Part shown: positions 1 to 7,468 of the stretch, piece by piece
Position numbering within the stretch: the stretch's first letter is position 1
Layout: each line of letters opens with the position of its first letter
Source of the DNA: a virus
Lineage: Duplodnaviria > Caudoviricetes
DNA length: 58,421 nt
IMG/VR virus record: IMGVR_UViG_3300017963_000308
Location: 1-58,421 of that record
Reading direction: 5' to 3' (one strand)
Program-made: the position numbers and the translations under genes
Notes under the pieces: generated by a model
Seen by the model: only the letters and a program-made list of their open reading frames with translations
Databases searched by the model: none
Told to the model about the DNA's origin: nothing

Positions 1-3
1 AGA

Positions 4-95
4 TTCTCCTATAGCTAACAATTTGAATAGATTAATTGCTTAACAATCTTCACAAGGCAGGATTATATCTTGTGAAGACTATAAGGAATCAATCC
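4..95 (-). repeat. Family-B intergenic hairpin repeat plus start-associated sequence, copy 1
   Basis: 92 bp identical to 686-777; core inverted repeat TCTTCACAAG-N12-CTTGTGAAGA; ends in TAGCTATAGGAGAA on the minus strand. Confidence 0.95.
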
Positions 96-301
96 AGGAA
101 ACTCGATACAATAATGCTATTGTCTTCTCTATCCCAAAGATAGGTATAATTAAAACGGAATCTCCACGGAGAATATTCCATGGTTTGTCTAATTGCCGCG
201 ATTCTGTTTGGCGGCGAATTATTAAACCCAAACTCCATCGATCTTATTACATCAGCCCACATGGGACATGGGTATAATAATCCCTTATGATAAAAAGCCA
301 T
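89..301 (-). CDS. Small hypothetical protein (array cargo)
   Basis: 70-aa ORF, RBS AGGAG; stop codon lies in the family-B repeat arm. Confidence 0.8.
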   Translation of the reverse strand: MAFYHKGLLYPCPMWADVIRSMEFGFNNSPPNRIAAIRQTMEYSPWRFRFNYTYLWDREDNSIIVSSFLD

Positions 302-332
302 TTTATTTTCTCCTATAACTAACCTGCTTTTA

Positions 333-389
333 ATTAATCGCTCAATAAGATAGACAATGGATCCATTGTCTACCCTATGAAAGATTAAT
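333..389 (-). repeat. Family-A 57-bp hairpin repeat, copy 1
   Basis: ATTAATCGCTCAATAAGA-TAGACAATGGATCCATTGTCTA-CCCTATGAAAGATTAAT; perfect 22-bp palindrome at 351-372. Confidence 0.97.
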
Positions 390-678
390 CGCGCTTAACG
401 GTTTCCCATGCCAGCGTAAACTTCTCGCGCCATGTTTCTGGCACCACTTCAAGATTAAACCTCACGTTTTGACGGTGCTTATTTTTCAATCCTTGCACCA
501 CTGCCACAATAGCCGCATCGAGGCTGAATCCGCTAGCCATTAGCATGCCAACTACCGCGACCACCACGCCGCGCTGATAATCAGCATTCGCTCCGGAATC
601 TGTTTCCAATAATTCGAGAGTATCATGAAAAATATTTTTGTTTTTAATACTCTGATACTTCTTATTTTTCAATTCCAT
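385..678 (-). CDS. Small hypothetical protein (array cargo)
   Basis: 97 aa, AGGAG RBS; stop TAA inside the repeat arm. Confidence 0.85.
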   Translation of the reverse strand: MELKNKKYQSIKNKNIFHDTLELLETDSGANADYQRGVVVAVVGMLMASGFSLDAAIVAVVQGLKNKHRQNVRFNLEVVPETWREKFTLAWETVKRD

Positions 679-685
679 TTTATTT

Positions 686-777
686 TTCTCCTATAGCTAA
701 CAATTTGAATAGATTAATTGCTTAACAATCTTCACAAGGCAGGATTATATCTTGTGAAGACTATAAGGAATCAATCC
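686..777 (-). repeat. Family-B hairpin repeat plus start-associated sequence, copy 2
   Basis: Identical to 4-95. Confidence 0.95.
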
Positions 778-993
778 TTAATAAGTGACTACAATGTTAA
801 GTTCTTTGCCCAAAATAATCATATTCGATATATTTTGAGCTAAGAAAACATGGGGTGATTCATTGCCCACAGAAAACAAACCATTGTCTAATTCTGCAAG
901 AATCCCATAATCGATTCTACTTGTTCTATGCAAGGTAACATTTTCACCCGCATGCTTTTTTAATTCGTTAATAATAATAATATTTTGGTTCAT
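778..993 (-). CDS. Small hypothetical protein (71 aa, MNQNIII...)
   Basis: Start moved to ATG 993 with GGAG RBS, coupled to the stop of 995-1252. Confidence 0.75.
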   Translation of the reverse strand: MNQNIIIINELKKHAGENVTLHRTSRIDYGILAELDNGLFSVGNESPHVFLAQNISNMIILGKELNIVVTY

Positions 994-994
994 T

Positions 995-1252
995 TTATGC
1001 TCCATATAAAGCCAAGATCTTAGCGCATGCGATTCTTTTATCTGTGTCTTCTCTTGTATCCCAATTCCTAAAAGCGGTATAATATCCATTGTCATAGAAA
1101 ACAGAGCAAACCTTGATTCCGTCAATAGTTGCGCAAACATCACCGTAAATAATATAGTCTTCATTGTTTATAGTGAACGAATCCTTACCAGATAAGACAA
1201 CACTCATGGTGTCATCAGCCCAGTTTTCCGGATTGATAGTAACAGTTTGCAT
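995..1252 (-). CDS. Small hypothetical protein (array cargo)
   Basis: 85 aa, acidic, CTATAGGAGAA RBS. Confidence 0.85.
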   Translation of the reverse strand: MQTVTINPENWADDTMSVVLSGKDSFTINNEDYIIYGDVCATIDGIKVCSVFYDNGYYTAFRNWDTREDTDKRIACAKILALYGA

Positions 1253-1283
1253 GGTATTCTCCTATAGTCTAATGGGTTAAAAT

Positions 1284-1330
1284 CTTAATAAATTACTCAA
1301 GATTTTATGGTTTCTTGAGTAATCTATAAA
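1284..1330 (-). repeat. Family-C hairpin (single divergent copy)
   Basis: ATTACTCAAGA-N10-TCTTGAGTAAT with the same TTATAG / TTATTAAG basal motif as families A and B. Confidence 0.8.
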
Positions 1331-1333
1331 ATG

Positions 1334-1627
1334 TCAACCGTAATACCATCCAACTACAACGAAATCATTGTCATCTGTAAAATGCACCAGAATTCCAGAA
1401 AAGAAGGAATCTGACGCATAACCATGCCAGTAGTCGGGAAACATGCCGCTAGGGAATCTCGTAAACTCTCCCAAAGAATAGATATTACCTTTGTACCTAA
1501 AGAATGACATCTCCTCTATTTCTTCGGGAGTCGCCCAGTCAAATTTTTCCTTTTCTTCTTCAGTCAACTCGAAACCGCAGACCACTTCACGCTCATGGTA
1601 ATTGCTAGTGATTTTTAACTCACTCAT
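1334..1627 (-). CDS. Acidic, aromatic-rich phage hypothetical protein
   Basis: 97 aa; FFRYKG..Y and WHGYASDSFFSGILV resemble a family I recall from phage early regions. Confidence 0.85.
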   Translation of the reverse strand: MSELKITSNYHEREVVCGFELTEEEKEKFDWATPEEIEEMSFFRYKGNIYSLGEFTRFPSGMFPDYWHGYASDSFFSGILVHFTDDNDFVVVGWYYG

Positions 1628-1660
1628 TTTAGATTCTCCTATAGCTAATAACTTTTTAAC

Positions 1661-1717
1661 ATTAATCGCTCAATAAGATAGACAATGGATCCATTGTCTA
1701 CCCTATGAAAGATTAAT
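1661..1717 (-). repeat. Family-A hairpin repeat, copy 2
   Basis: Identical to copy 1; 1622-1717 is identical to 2521-2616 (96 bp). Confidence 0.97.
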
Positions 1718-1994
1718 CAGAGCAATAGCCTACTATGCCACGATAATATTCCCATGGGTCAATCTTGTTTTTAACGACATGCCAGCCATGCTCCAAATCG
1801 CGAATATCGCGGCGAGTCAATCGCAAAACATAAACATTGTTTTCGAGGTTGTAGTCTTCAATATAGTGTTCATGTCGTACCATCGCTCCTATGTCCTGAT
1901 ATTTTGCAAGGTGATTCTCTATTTCTTTTTGCATCTTTTTGGACGTGGGTTTAACAGTATATCCACAAAAAACCGGTTCAATAATTACTTGCAT
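1713..1994 (-). CDS. Small hypothetical protein (93 aa, MQVIIEP...)
   Basis: True start at ATG 1994 after TAGCTATAGGAGAA; the longer track ORF reads through a repeat. Confidence 0.85.
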   Translation of the reverse strand: MQVIIEPVFCGYTVKPTSKKMQKEIENHLAKYQDIGAMVRHEHYIEDYNLENNVYVLRLTRRDIRDLEHGWHVVKNKIDPWEYYRGIVGYCSD

Positions 1995-2025
1995 TTTATT
2001 TTCTCCTATAGCTAATCTGCTTTTA

Positions 2026-2082
2026 ATTAATCGCTCAATAAGATAGACAATGGATCCATTGTCTACCCTATGAAAGATTAAT
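2026..2082 (-). repeat. Family-A hairpin repeat, copy 3
   Basis: Identical 57-mer. Confidence 0.97.
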
Positions 2083-2085
2083 TTT

Positions 2086-2526
2086 TTATTCCCAAAGATC
2101 AGAATCCTCAAACGGCCAAAATCCATAGTCTGCCCCATCTCCAGGATGACTCCCGAAGTAACAATCTTCTGGGGCAATTTCATTTAGCATATCGAAGCAC
2201 TCATCTAGTAGCCACGTAGAATCCTCTTCAGAAACATCATGGTAGTACCAAAAATCCCCATGCTCTTCCGGCGACATATCGCGATACAATTTGGTGCCGA
2301 ATACTTGGGTCAACCAATTTTGAGCAAATGGACGAGTCTGCACCACCAGATAATTATGTTCTGTTTGCATCTTAGCGACTCGTTCCGCGTCTTCTCCATC
2401 GATATAACCCAATTCCGCGGCCGCGGTCAGCGCGTCCAAAAAGGATGGTAATAAGTCTTCAGTTTTCATAGTGGCAGTGGATAAACTCGAGCAAACATCA
2501 CTTTGGGGTAATTGCTTAAAACTCAT
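2086..2526 (-). CDS. Acidic phage hypothetical protein
   Basis: 146 aa, D/E-rich; C-terminal YFGSHPGDGADYGFW motif recalled from phage early proteins. Confidence 0.9.
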   Translation of the reverse strand: MSFKQLPQSDVCSSLSTATMKTEDLLPSFLDALTAAAELGYIDGEDAERVAKMQTEHNYLVVQTRPFAQNWLTQVFGTKLYRDMSPEEHGDFWYYHDVSEEDSTWLLDECFDMLNEIAPEDCYFGSHPGDGADYGFWPFEDSDLWE

Positions 2527-2559
2527 TTTAGATTCTCCTATAGCTAATAACTTTTTAAC

Positions 2560-2616
2560 ATTAATCGCTCAATAAGATAGACAATGGATCCATTGTCTAC
2601 CCTATGAAAGATTAAT
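2560..2616 (-). repeat. Family-A hairpin repeat, copy 4
   Basis: Identical 57-mer. Confidence 0.97.
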
Positions 2617-2719
2617 TACCATGCCACCCAAAAATTGCCCATTTGGTTTGTTTCCAGAGGCAATATAGAGAAACAAGAAGCCCGATAGTACCTAATAATT
2701 CTGTATAATTGATATCCAC
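2612..2719 (-). CDS. 35-aa putative membrane peptide (not in ORF track)
   Basis: GGAG RBS, GTG start, MDINYTELLGTIGLLVSLYCLWKQTKWAIFGWHGN; stop in the repeat arm like other cargo. Confidence 0.6.
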   Translation of the reverse strand: MDINYTELLGTIGLLVSLYCLWKQTKWAIFGWHGN

Positions 2720-2722
2720 TTT

Positions 2723-2938
2723 TTATACTCCTATGCTTTGCACCAGATTAATTCTTTTCCTTAAGCTGTTTGGAATTGATAACAAACTATGGTCAATAGT
2801 TAACAAATCGTTGTCATAATCGAATACCAACGCGTTATTAACCTTTTTAAGCAACGTTTCCGCACCTTTTTGTAATCCCTTAATATCATAAGCGATTGGA
2901 CCAAAGATTTCGTTATTCTCAGCATATATCTTAATCAT
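2723..2938 (-). CDS. Small hypothetical protein (array cargo)
   Basis: 71 aa, AAGGA RBS directly after a repeat. Confidence 0.8.
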   Translation of the reverse strand: MIKIYAENNEIFGPIAYDIKGLQKGAETLLKKVNNALVFDYDNDLLTIDHSLLSIPNSLRKRINLVQSIGV

Positions 2939-2958
2939 GGTTTAATTCCTTTTGCTTA

Positions 2959-3015
2959 ATTAATCGCTCAATAAGATAGACAATGGATCCATTGTCTACC
3001 CTATGAAAAATTAAT
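2959..3015 (-). repeat. Family-A hairpin repeat, copy 5
   Basis: 57-mer with one substitution (AAAAATTAAT end). Confidence 0.97.
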
Positions 3016-3233
3016 TAGCGTCGGGTAATATCTGTGACCCCAACATTAATCGAATTCGTGTTATAATCCCAACTTAAAATACTGTTTTGACTGAATTCGA
3101 ATCCAAACGTATCAGAATTGATATACAAATTTTCGTTTTCTAGTACCTTAAGTTTGCCCACGCAATAACCAAATGGGTGATAAATTATAACAGTATACAA
3201 TTCTAAAAAAGCTTGTAGGGTTTCTTGGTTCAT
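3015..3233 (-). CDS. Small hypothetical protein (array cargo)
   Basis: 72 aa, TAGCTATAGGAGA RBS. Confidence 0.8.
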   Translation of the reverse strand: MNQETLQAFLELYTVIIYHPFGYCVGKLKVLENENLYINSDTFGFEFSQNSILSWDYNTNSINVGVTDITRR

Positions 3234-3266
3234 TTTATAATCTCCTATAGCTAATAACTTTTTAAC

Positions 3267-3323
3267 ATTAATCGCTCAATAAGATAGACAATGGATCCAT
3301 TGTCTACCCTATGAAAAATTAAT
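3267..3323 (-). repeat. Family-A hairpin repeat, copy 6
   Basis: Same variant as copy 5. Confidence 0.97.
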
Positions 3324-3339
3324 TACTTGTGCTTCTTTA

Positions 3340-3453
3340 CTACATCCCTAAAAGCGAGAAAACAATAGCAGCATAAGAATCAGCCCAGTTAATTCCAATA
3401 ACCAAAATACCCAATAGGGCAGCAGAAATGCCAAATTTGATTAAGCTTAACAT
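3340..3453 (-). CDS. 37-aa putative membrane peptide, first gene of the array (not in ORF track)
   Basis: ATAGGAGAAA RBS, MLSLIKFGISAALLGILVIGINWADSYAAIVFSLLGM. Confidence 0.65.
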   Translation of the reverse strand: MLSLIKFGISAALLGILVIGINWADSYAAIVFSLLGM

Positions 3454-3488
3454 TTTAGTTTCTCCTATGGTTAATAATTGCGTTTTAT

Positions 3489-3614
3489 TTTTTATGCTCT
3501 ATTGCGCGCGATTACTTGCTTGGGTTTAGGCAAGCTTATATATTAATCCGATTAAGGTATATATTTTTGATGTTTAATCAGCCCATTAATATCGCGCGCA
3601 ACAGAGCACAAAAA
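3489..3614 (-). repeat. 24-bp inverted repeat in the array leader
   Basis: Arms 3489-3512 and 3591-3614; both mismatches become G-U pairs on the minus strand. Confidence 0.8.
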
Positions 3615-4027
3615 TTGTGTCTGTTGTGTTTAGTATTTTATTCCCCAGGGGTCAAACGATTGTTTTCAATCGTGGCTGTTTCACCAGCCGTGAAAAACCT
3701 TCCGTCTAGGATTACTAACAATTCCCAAAAATTCGACTAAAATTTTGGCGGTACCGATTGCCGCGTTCGTGTGAGCAAGGTTACCTATGAGATTTGGGGA
3801 CAAGTCACCCGACCGTTAATGCATTGCCGATTGTCATCACACGTTACAAAAAATCAGCGTAAAATCCAGAAGATTGTTACAAAGGCGGAAGCACAATTGC
3901 CTGGAGTTTTCTGCGAATTAAGGGCAGCTATTGCTGTTTGGATTTCACCCGGCCGGTCAGCCCCGCTTTGTCAGTTTGCCCTACTTGCAAACTCATATTC
4001 AATTCGATGTTACGGTGTTACGTGTAT

Positions 4028-4056
4028 AGAGTATCATATAGTCAAGATGTAGTCAA
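4028..4056 (-). promoter_or_regulatory. Putative leftward sigma70-type promoter for the array
   Basis: TTGACT-17 bp-TACTCT with extended -10 TG on the minus strand. Confidence 0.5.
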
Positions 4057-4477
4057 TACCTTTGTACGAATTAGATAAAATCTCGCTAAAAATAGGCCAA
4101 AATAGGCTATTTTGGAAAGTATTCCGTACAATTATGCAAGTCCAAAATTGCGATTTGACTATTTCGAGTGTTAAGATTGACCTAAAATTGTACCGTAAAT
4201 TGGCCCAAATTAACCCAAAAGCCACCCAAATTACCAAAATTCCGCCCAAAATACGACTAAAAAATAGTCAATACTGGGATAAAATCCAAAAAATCGGTAC
4301 AAATTTAGCCGAATTCACAATAAATTGTGAAATATTAAGCTTGTTTTACTACGCATAATGTATTTTTAGCGAAGTAAAATTTTTAGTCTAGGCTAAATTA
4401 CCAATATATGGGATCGTTGCCAGTAGAATGTCAGTATAAATAAGACATCCCTATGTAGGGTGCCGTACAATTACCCA

Positions 4478-4774
4478 TAGGACGCACTACAATGCGATAT
4501 AAGCGGATTATATGGCAGATAGGGACCATATGTCCTATGGCATATGTCAGCCCGTATAAGCTATTGTGTGGCATATAATGAAGGAACACAGAAAAGCGAG
4601 AAGAAAAGCAGCAGAAATAGAATGAAGATAGATTAAGTGTAAGATAACACGTGGCATAATCTGCCAACATAATCCGGCGGATTGCATCACATTGCAATGA
4701 TGATAACAGACTGGTATTAATCGGTACTTAGGACGCGCTAGGATGTAATCTAAGCGGATTGTATGATAGATAGG
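4478..4774 (+). repeat. Degenerate 46-bp direct repeat pair (4478-4523, 4729-4774)
   Basis: 37/46 identical by manual alignment, core TAAGCGGATT. Confidence 0.7.
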
Positions 4775-4978
4775 TATGATTACATCTGTTTGTTATAATC
4801 TGGCCTACAATGAAGCAGGTAAGATAAAGCGTATAATTCGGTAGACTGTAGGCCAGAAGAAAAGCGGATTAATTAGTATGCTCCATTGTAGGGTACCTAT
4901 GCTATGGATCCATATGATTAACAGTGTGAGGCAGTGTAGTGGATAGAATAGAAATAGAATGAAGATAGATTAAGTGTA
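4613..4978 (+). repeat. Perfect 29-bp direct repeat pair (4613-4641, 4950-4978)
   Basis: AGAAATAGAATGAAGATAGATTAAGTGTA twice. Confidence 0.9.
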
Positions 4979-5303
4979 GTGTAGTGTAGTGCAACATAGT
5001 CAGTATATAGTCAGGTTATAATCGAGTAGTGTATAAATGTATAAGTGAGAATAAAAAGAGTAGTCGAAAAAAAAAGGGGGGGGATCGAAAAAATCGGGCG
5101 GTACTTTGCGTACAGGCTCAACCCCCGCTCTCGTTTCCGCGCCACGCGCATGCGGAGCCGTCCGATCTCCCTGGGGGTCACAAGGAAAAGCAAAGCCCCC
5201 TGCCCTGGGTCGTGGGGGTGAAACGAAGTAGGGGCGTGGGGTCAGCAGCAGTAAGCAGCAGTGGTTTAATGTGGGTGTTTGTGTATATATGTTTGGGTTA
5301 GGG

Positions 5304-5332
5304 TTGACGCTTGTAAAGGTTTATGGTATAGT
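5304..5332 (+). promoter_or_regulatory. Rightward sigma70-type promoter
   Basis: TTGACG-17 bp-TATAGT with extended TG; followed by GC hairpins at 5339-5359 and 5372-5398. Confidence 0.7.
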
Positions 5333-5527
5333 GTTTAAGCGGGTGTTGAGTACGCCTGCGGATAGGGAGCAGGGGGGCGGCTTGGGAAACCGCCCCCCGA
5401 GAAATTACAGGGAGAATTGATTGGTATGATTTGTGGGTAGGGGCATATATTGATACGAAAATGCGAAAGATATATATTTGCCCGTTGCCCACTTTGGTTA
5501 TAGAGATTCGGCTTTAGGGGAAGAGAA

Positions 5528-5752
5528 ATGAGGAAACAACCAGATCCGCAGCTAGTGGAATTTCTTAAAGAGTTTGTTGAAAGGACCGGGGGAAGTTCTT
5601 TCACGCTAATTACTCCCCGCGTTTGTGATCGGTGTGGGGATGACAGTAGGGAAGCTTTTCCCTCATTGTGGGGATTTGAGGGTGACTGGGAAGATCTGTG
5701 CAATGATTGTTTTGAAAAGTTAATGCTGATTGAGGAGTCTGAAGGTGGATGA
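5528..5752 (+). CDS. Small Zn-finger protein
   Basis: CDRC...CNDC motifs. Confidence 0.75.
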   Translation: MRKQPDPQLVEFLKEFVERTGGSSFTLITPRVCDRCGDDSREAFPSLWGFEGDWEDLCNDCFEKLMLIEESEGG

Positions 5753-6230
5753 TTCTGTAAGGCAGGCTATTTATAAATATGAGGCCGAATACTGGCGCGC
5801 TAACGGCAAGATAGCCCGGTTGCGGTATAACCGGGGCTGGTATTGGCTAATACATCCCAATGGGCAGGAAGAAGATCGGGCTTGGCGGTATGGTGAGGTT
5901 AGAACTAGAACAGAAACATTAAAAAATCGTCCTTCATTTGTACTTGGGCGTGGCGTGGATGACAAGGAAGCCCGGGAGATTTACCACAAGCTGCTTGATG
6001 GTACTTATTGGGAAGGAAGGGAACGGGGAGATACGGAGAGGGCTTTTATCAGGGATCTTGAGCAAGTATTGAATCGAATGCCTTCGCAATTATGGCTATT
6101 TGCTACTGGCAACTTGCATGTGATGCGGAAGGATGAAAAGGGGCAAAGGGCTATTACCCAAGAGGGCGGCATGGATCCTGAATACATAGTTGATTCCCTT
6201 ATTGCCGATTGTGATGGGGGTGATTGGTGA
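5745..6230 (+). CDS. Hypothetical protein
   Basis: GAGGAG RBS, GTG start, coupled to neighbours. Confidence 0.75.
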   Translation: MDDSVRQAIYKYEAEYWRANGKIARLRYNRGWYWLIHPNGQEEDRAWRYGEVRTRTETLKNRPSFVLGRGVDDKEAREIYHKLLDGTYWEGRERGDTERAFIRDLEQVLNRMPSQLWLFATGNLHVMRKDEKGQRAITQEGGMDPEYIVDSLIADCDGGDW

Positions 6231-6577
6231 TGACTGATCTGAGAATTATCGATCAGATGCGTTGGGTTATGGCCGAAACTAAGGCTGACGATGTTGATTT
6301 CAAGATGGGTATCGATGGGGTGATAGTTGTAGGGGTTGGTTGGTGTTTTGGTAGTAAAATAGCCAGCTTCCAACGGGCATATACTTTAGAGGCGATTTTG
6401 CGTAATGGGACAGATGATTTTTGGGGGCATTTCGTGAATTTAGCCAAGGAACAACGGAAAATTCTGGTAAATCGGTATTGCTTGAAATGTGGTGAGGAAT
6501 TTAGCGAGATGGGATGGTGCCATTATTGCGACAATCACAGTACCAAACAAAATAAGATGGAAGAGGGGATAGAATGA
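6227..6577 (+). CDS. Hypothetical protein with C-terminal Zn ribbon
   Basis: CLKC...CHYC; GTGA overlap. Confidence 0.75.
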   Translation: MMTDLRIIDQMRWVMAETKADDVDFKMGIDGVIVVGVGWCFGSKIASFQRAYTLEAILRNGTDDFWGHFVNLAKEQRKILVNRYCLKCGEEFSEMGWCHYCDNHSTKQNKMEEGIE

Positions 6578-6816
6578 GCTACGATTTTGATACTTTGGAG
6601 TATAAAGTTTCTGAGATTTCTAAGCATTTTGATAAACTGGAAAAATTGTTGAAGCGCAAAAATACCTACATCAAGGCGTTAAAAGCCAATGCCAGATACT
6701 TCGACGCGATACTGGCAGAGGTAAATCATGGCTACATAGCTGAATTATGTCGGGATGCCTTGAAAGAATTGGCGATGTTGAAACAAGAGTATGAAAAGGA
6801 TGATAATAATGTTTGA
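6574..6816 (+). CDS. Hypothetical coiled-coil protein
   Basis: ATGA overlap, GAGGGG RBS. Confidence 0.75.
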   Translation: MSYDFDTLEYKVSEISKHFDKLEKLLKRKNTYIKALKANARYFDAILAEVNHGYIAELCRDALKELAMLKQEYEKDDNNV

Positions 6817-7408
6817 TCACTATCAGTATCAACAACAGTTTGTAGAAAATCATAAGGAGGGGAATCCCCCCATAAATGACGCGATTGAGTATGGAGTAGC
6901 GATTGAGCCATGTCGTCCGGAAGAGGGCGAGTTCTATTGGAAGATCATTGGGCTTCACCATCTAACACCCGAAGAGAATGTTGGCAAACATAACCTGTTT
7001 ATGGATGTATTGGACGCGGCCGGGGGTCGAGTTGAGCCATTCTTTGAGGTTGATTGGACCTGGGAAGGGCGGCGGCCAGATGAGGCGGCTCCGCCTGTAA
7101 GATTGGACAAACCTCAAAATGAGCCGGGGGGCAATTTGTCTGTCTGGATTAATCAAACTGTTTCGGCTTGGGTTACAGACGACAATGAATGTAGTGATAC
7201 TATTGGCAATGTCCATACTCGCCATGCCGATGAATCTGGGGGGAATACCGTGGGCCACCATAGCTTTTATGTGGTGTGGATGCTGGCAGAAGCGGGTGAA
7301 GAGCCTGATCCCCCATTGCCGCCACTCCCCGAACCATCGGATGATTGTGAAAAGGTGCTGCTCCAGATCAAGGAACTGATTGATGGTTATTTCGAAAACC
7401 AAACTTGA
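6809..7408 (+). CDS. His-rich conserved domain protein, possibly cell-envelope associated
   Basis: YWKIIGLHHLTPEEN..HN, DKP.NEPG.N and H.DE..GNT..HHSFYVVW motifs recalled from Chloroflexota proteins; Pro-rich linker. Confidence 0.6.
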   Translation: MFDHYQYQQQFVENHKEGNPPINDAIEYGVAIEPCRPEEGEFYWKIIGLHHLTPEENVGKHNLFMDVLDAAGGRVEPFFEVDWTWEGRRPDEAAPPVRLDKPQNEPGGNLSVWINQTVSAWVTDDNECSDTIGNVHTRHADESGGNTVGHHSFYVVWMLAEAGEEPDPPLPPLPEPSDDCEKVLLQIKELIDGYFENQT

Positions 7409-7446
7409 CACTCGTTAGGGTTATGATATAATGAGAACGTGTGTTC
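7405..7446 (+). promoter_or_regulatory. Sigma70-type promoter with LexA-type SOS box
   Basis: TTGACA-16 bp-TATAAT (extended TG); GAAC-GTGT-GTTC at 7435-7446 over the predicted start site. Confidence 0.75.
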
Positions 7447-7468
7447 GGTTTTTGCCGAAGGGAGAACC

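Noticed and set aside
1995-2183. N-terminal extension of track ORF 1713-2183 (and likewise 994-1164 of ORF 778-1164)
   Set aside because: Reads through a repeat or overlaps another gene; RBS-supported starts are at 1994 and 993.
333-3323. CRISPR array interpretation of the palindromic repeats
   Set aside because: Intervening segments are hundreds of bp, variable in length and contain full ORFs with RBSs; no cas genes.
1-3453. Canonical integron attC sites
   Set aside because: No RYYYAAC/GTTRRRY cores at the arm ends, better folding on the sense strand, and no IntI in the window; kept only as an analogy.
3915-3985. c-di-GMP-I riboswitch or hammerhead resemblance (GGGCAAAC..., CTGA...GAAA on the minus strand)
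   Set aside because: Required GAAA tetraloop/GACGCAAAG and CUGANGA cores are absent.
3516-5703. Track ORFs in the divergent region (3516-3740, 3771-4052, 4034-4249, 4062-4358, 4431-4697, 5011-5301, 5298-5703)
   Set aside because: No convincing RBS, low-complexity or repeat-derived translations, and overlap with promoters and hairpins.
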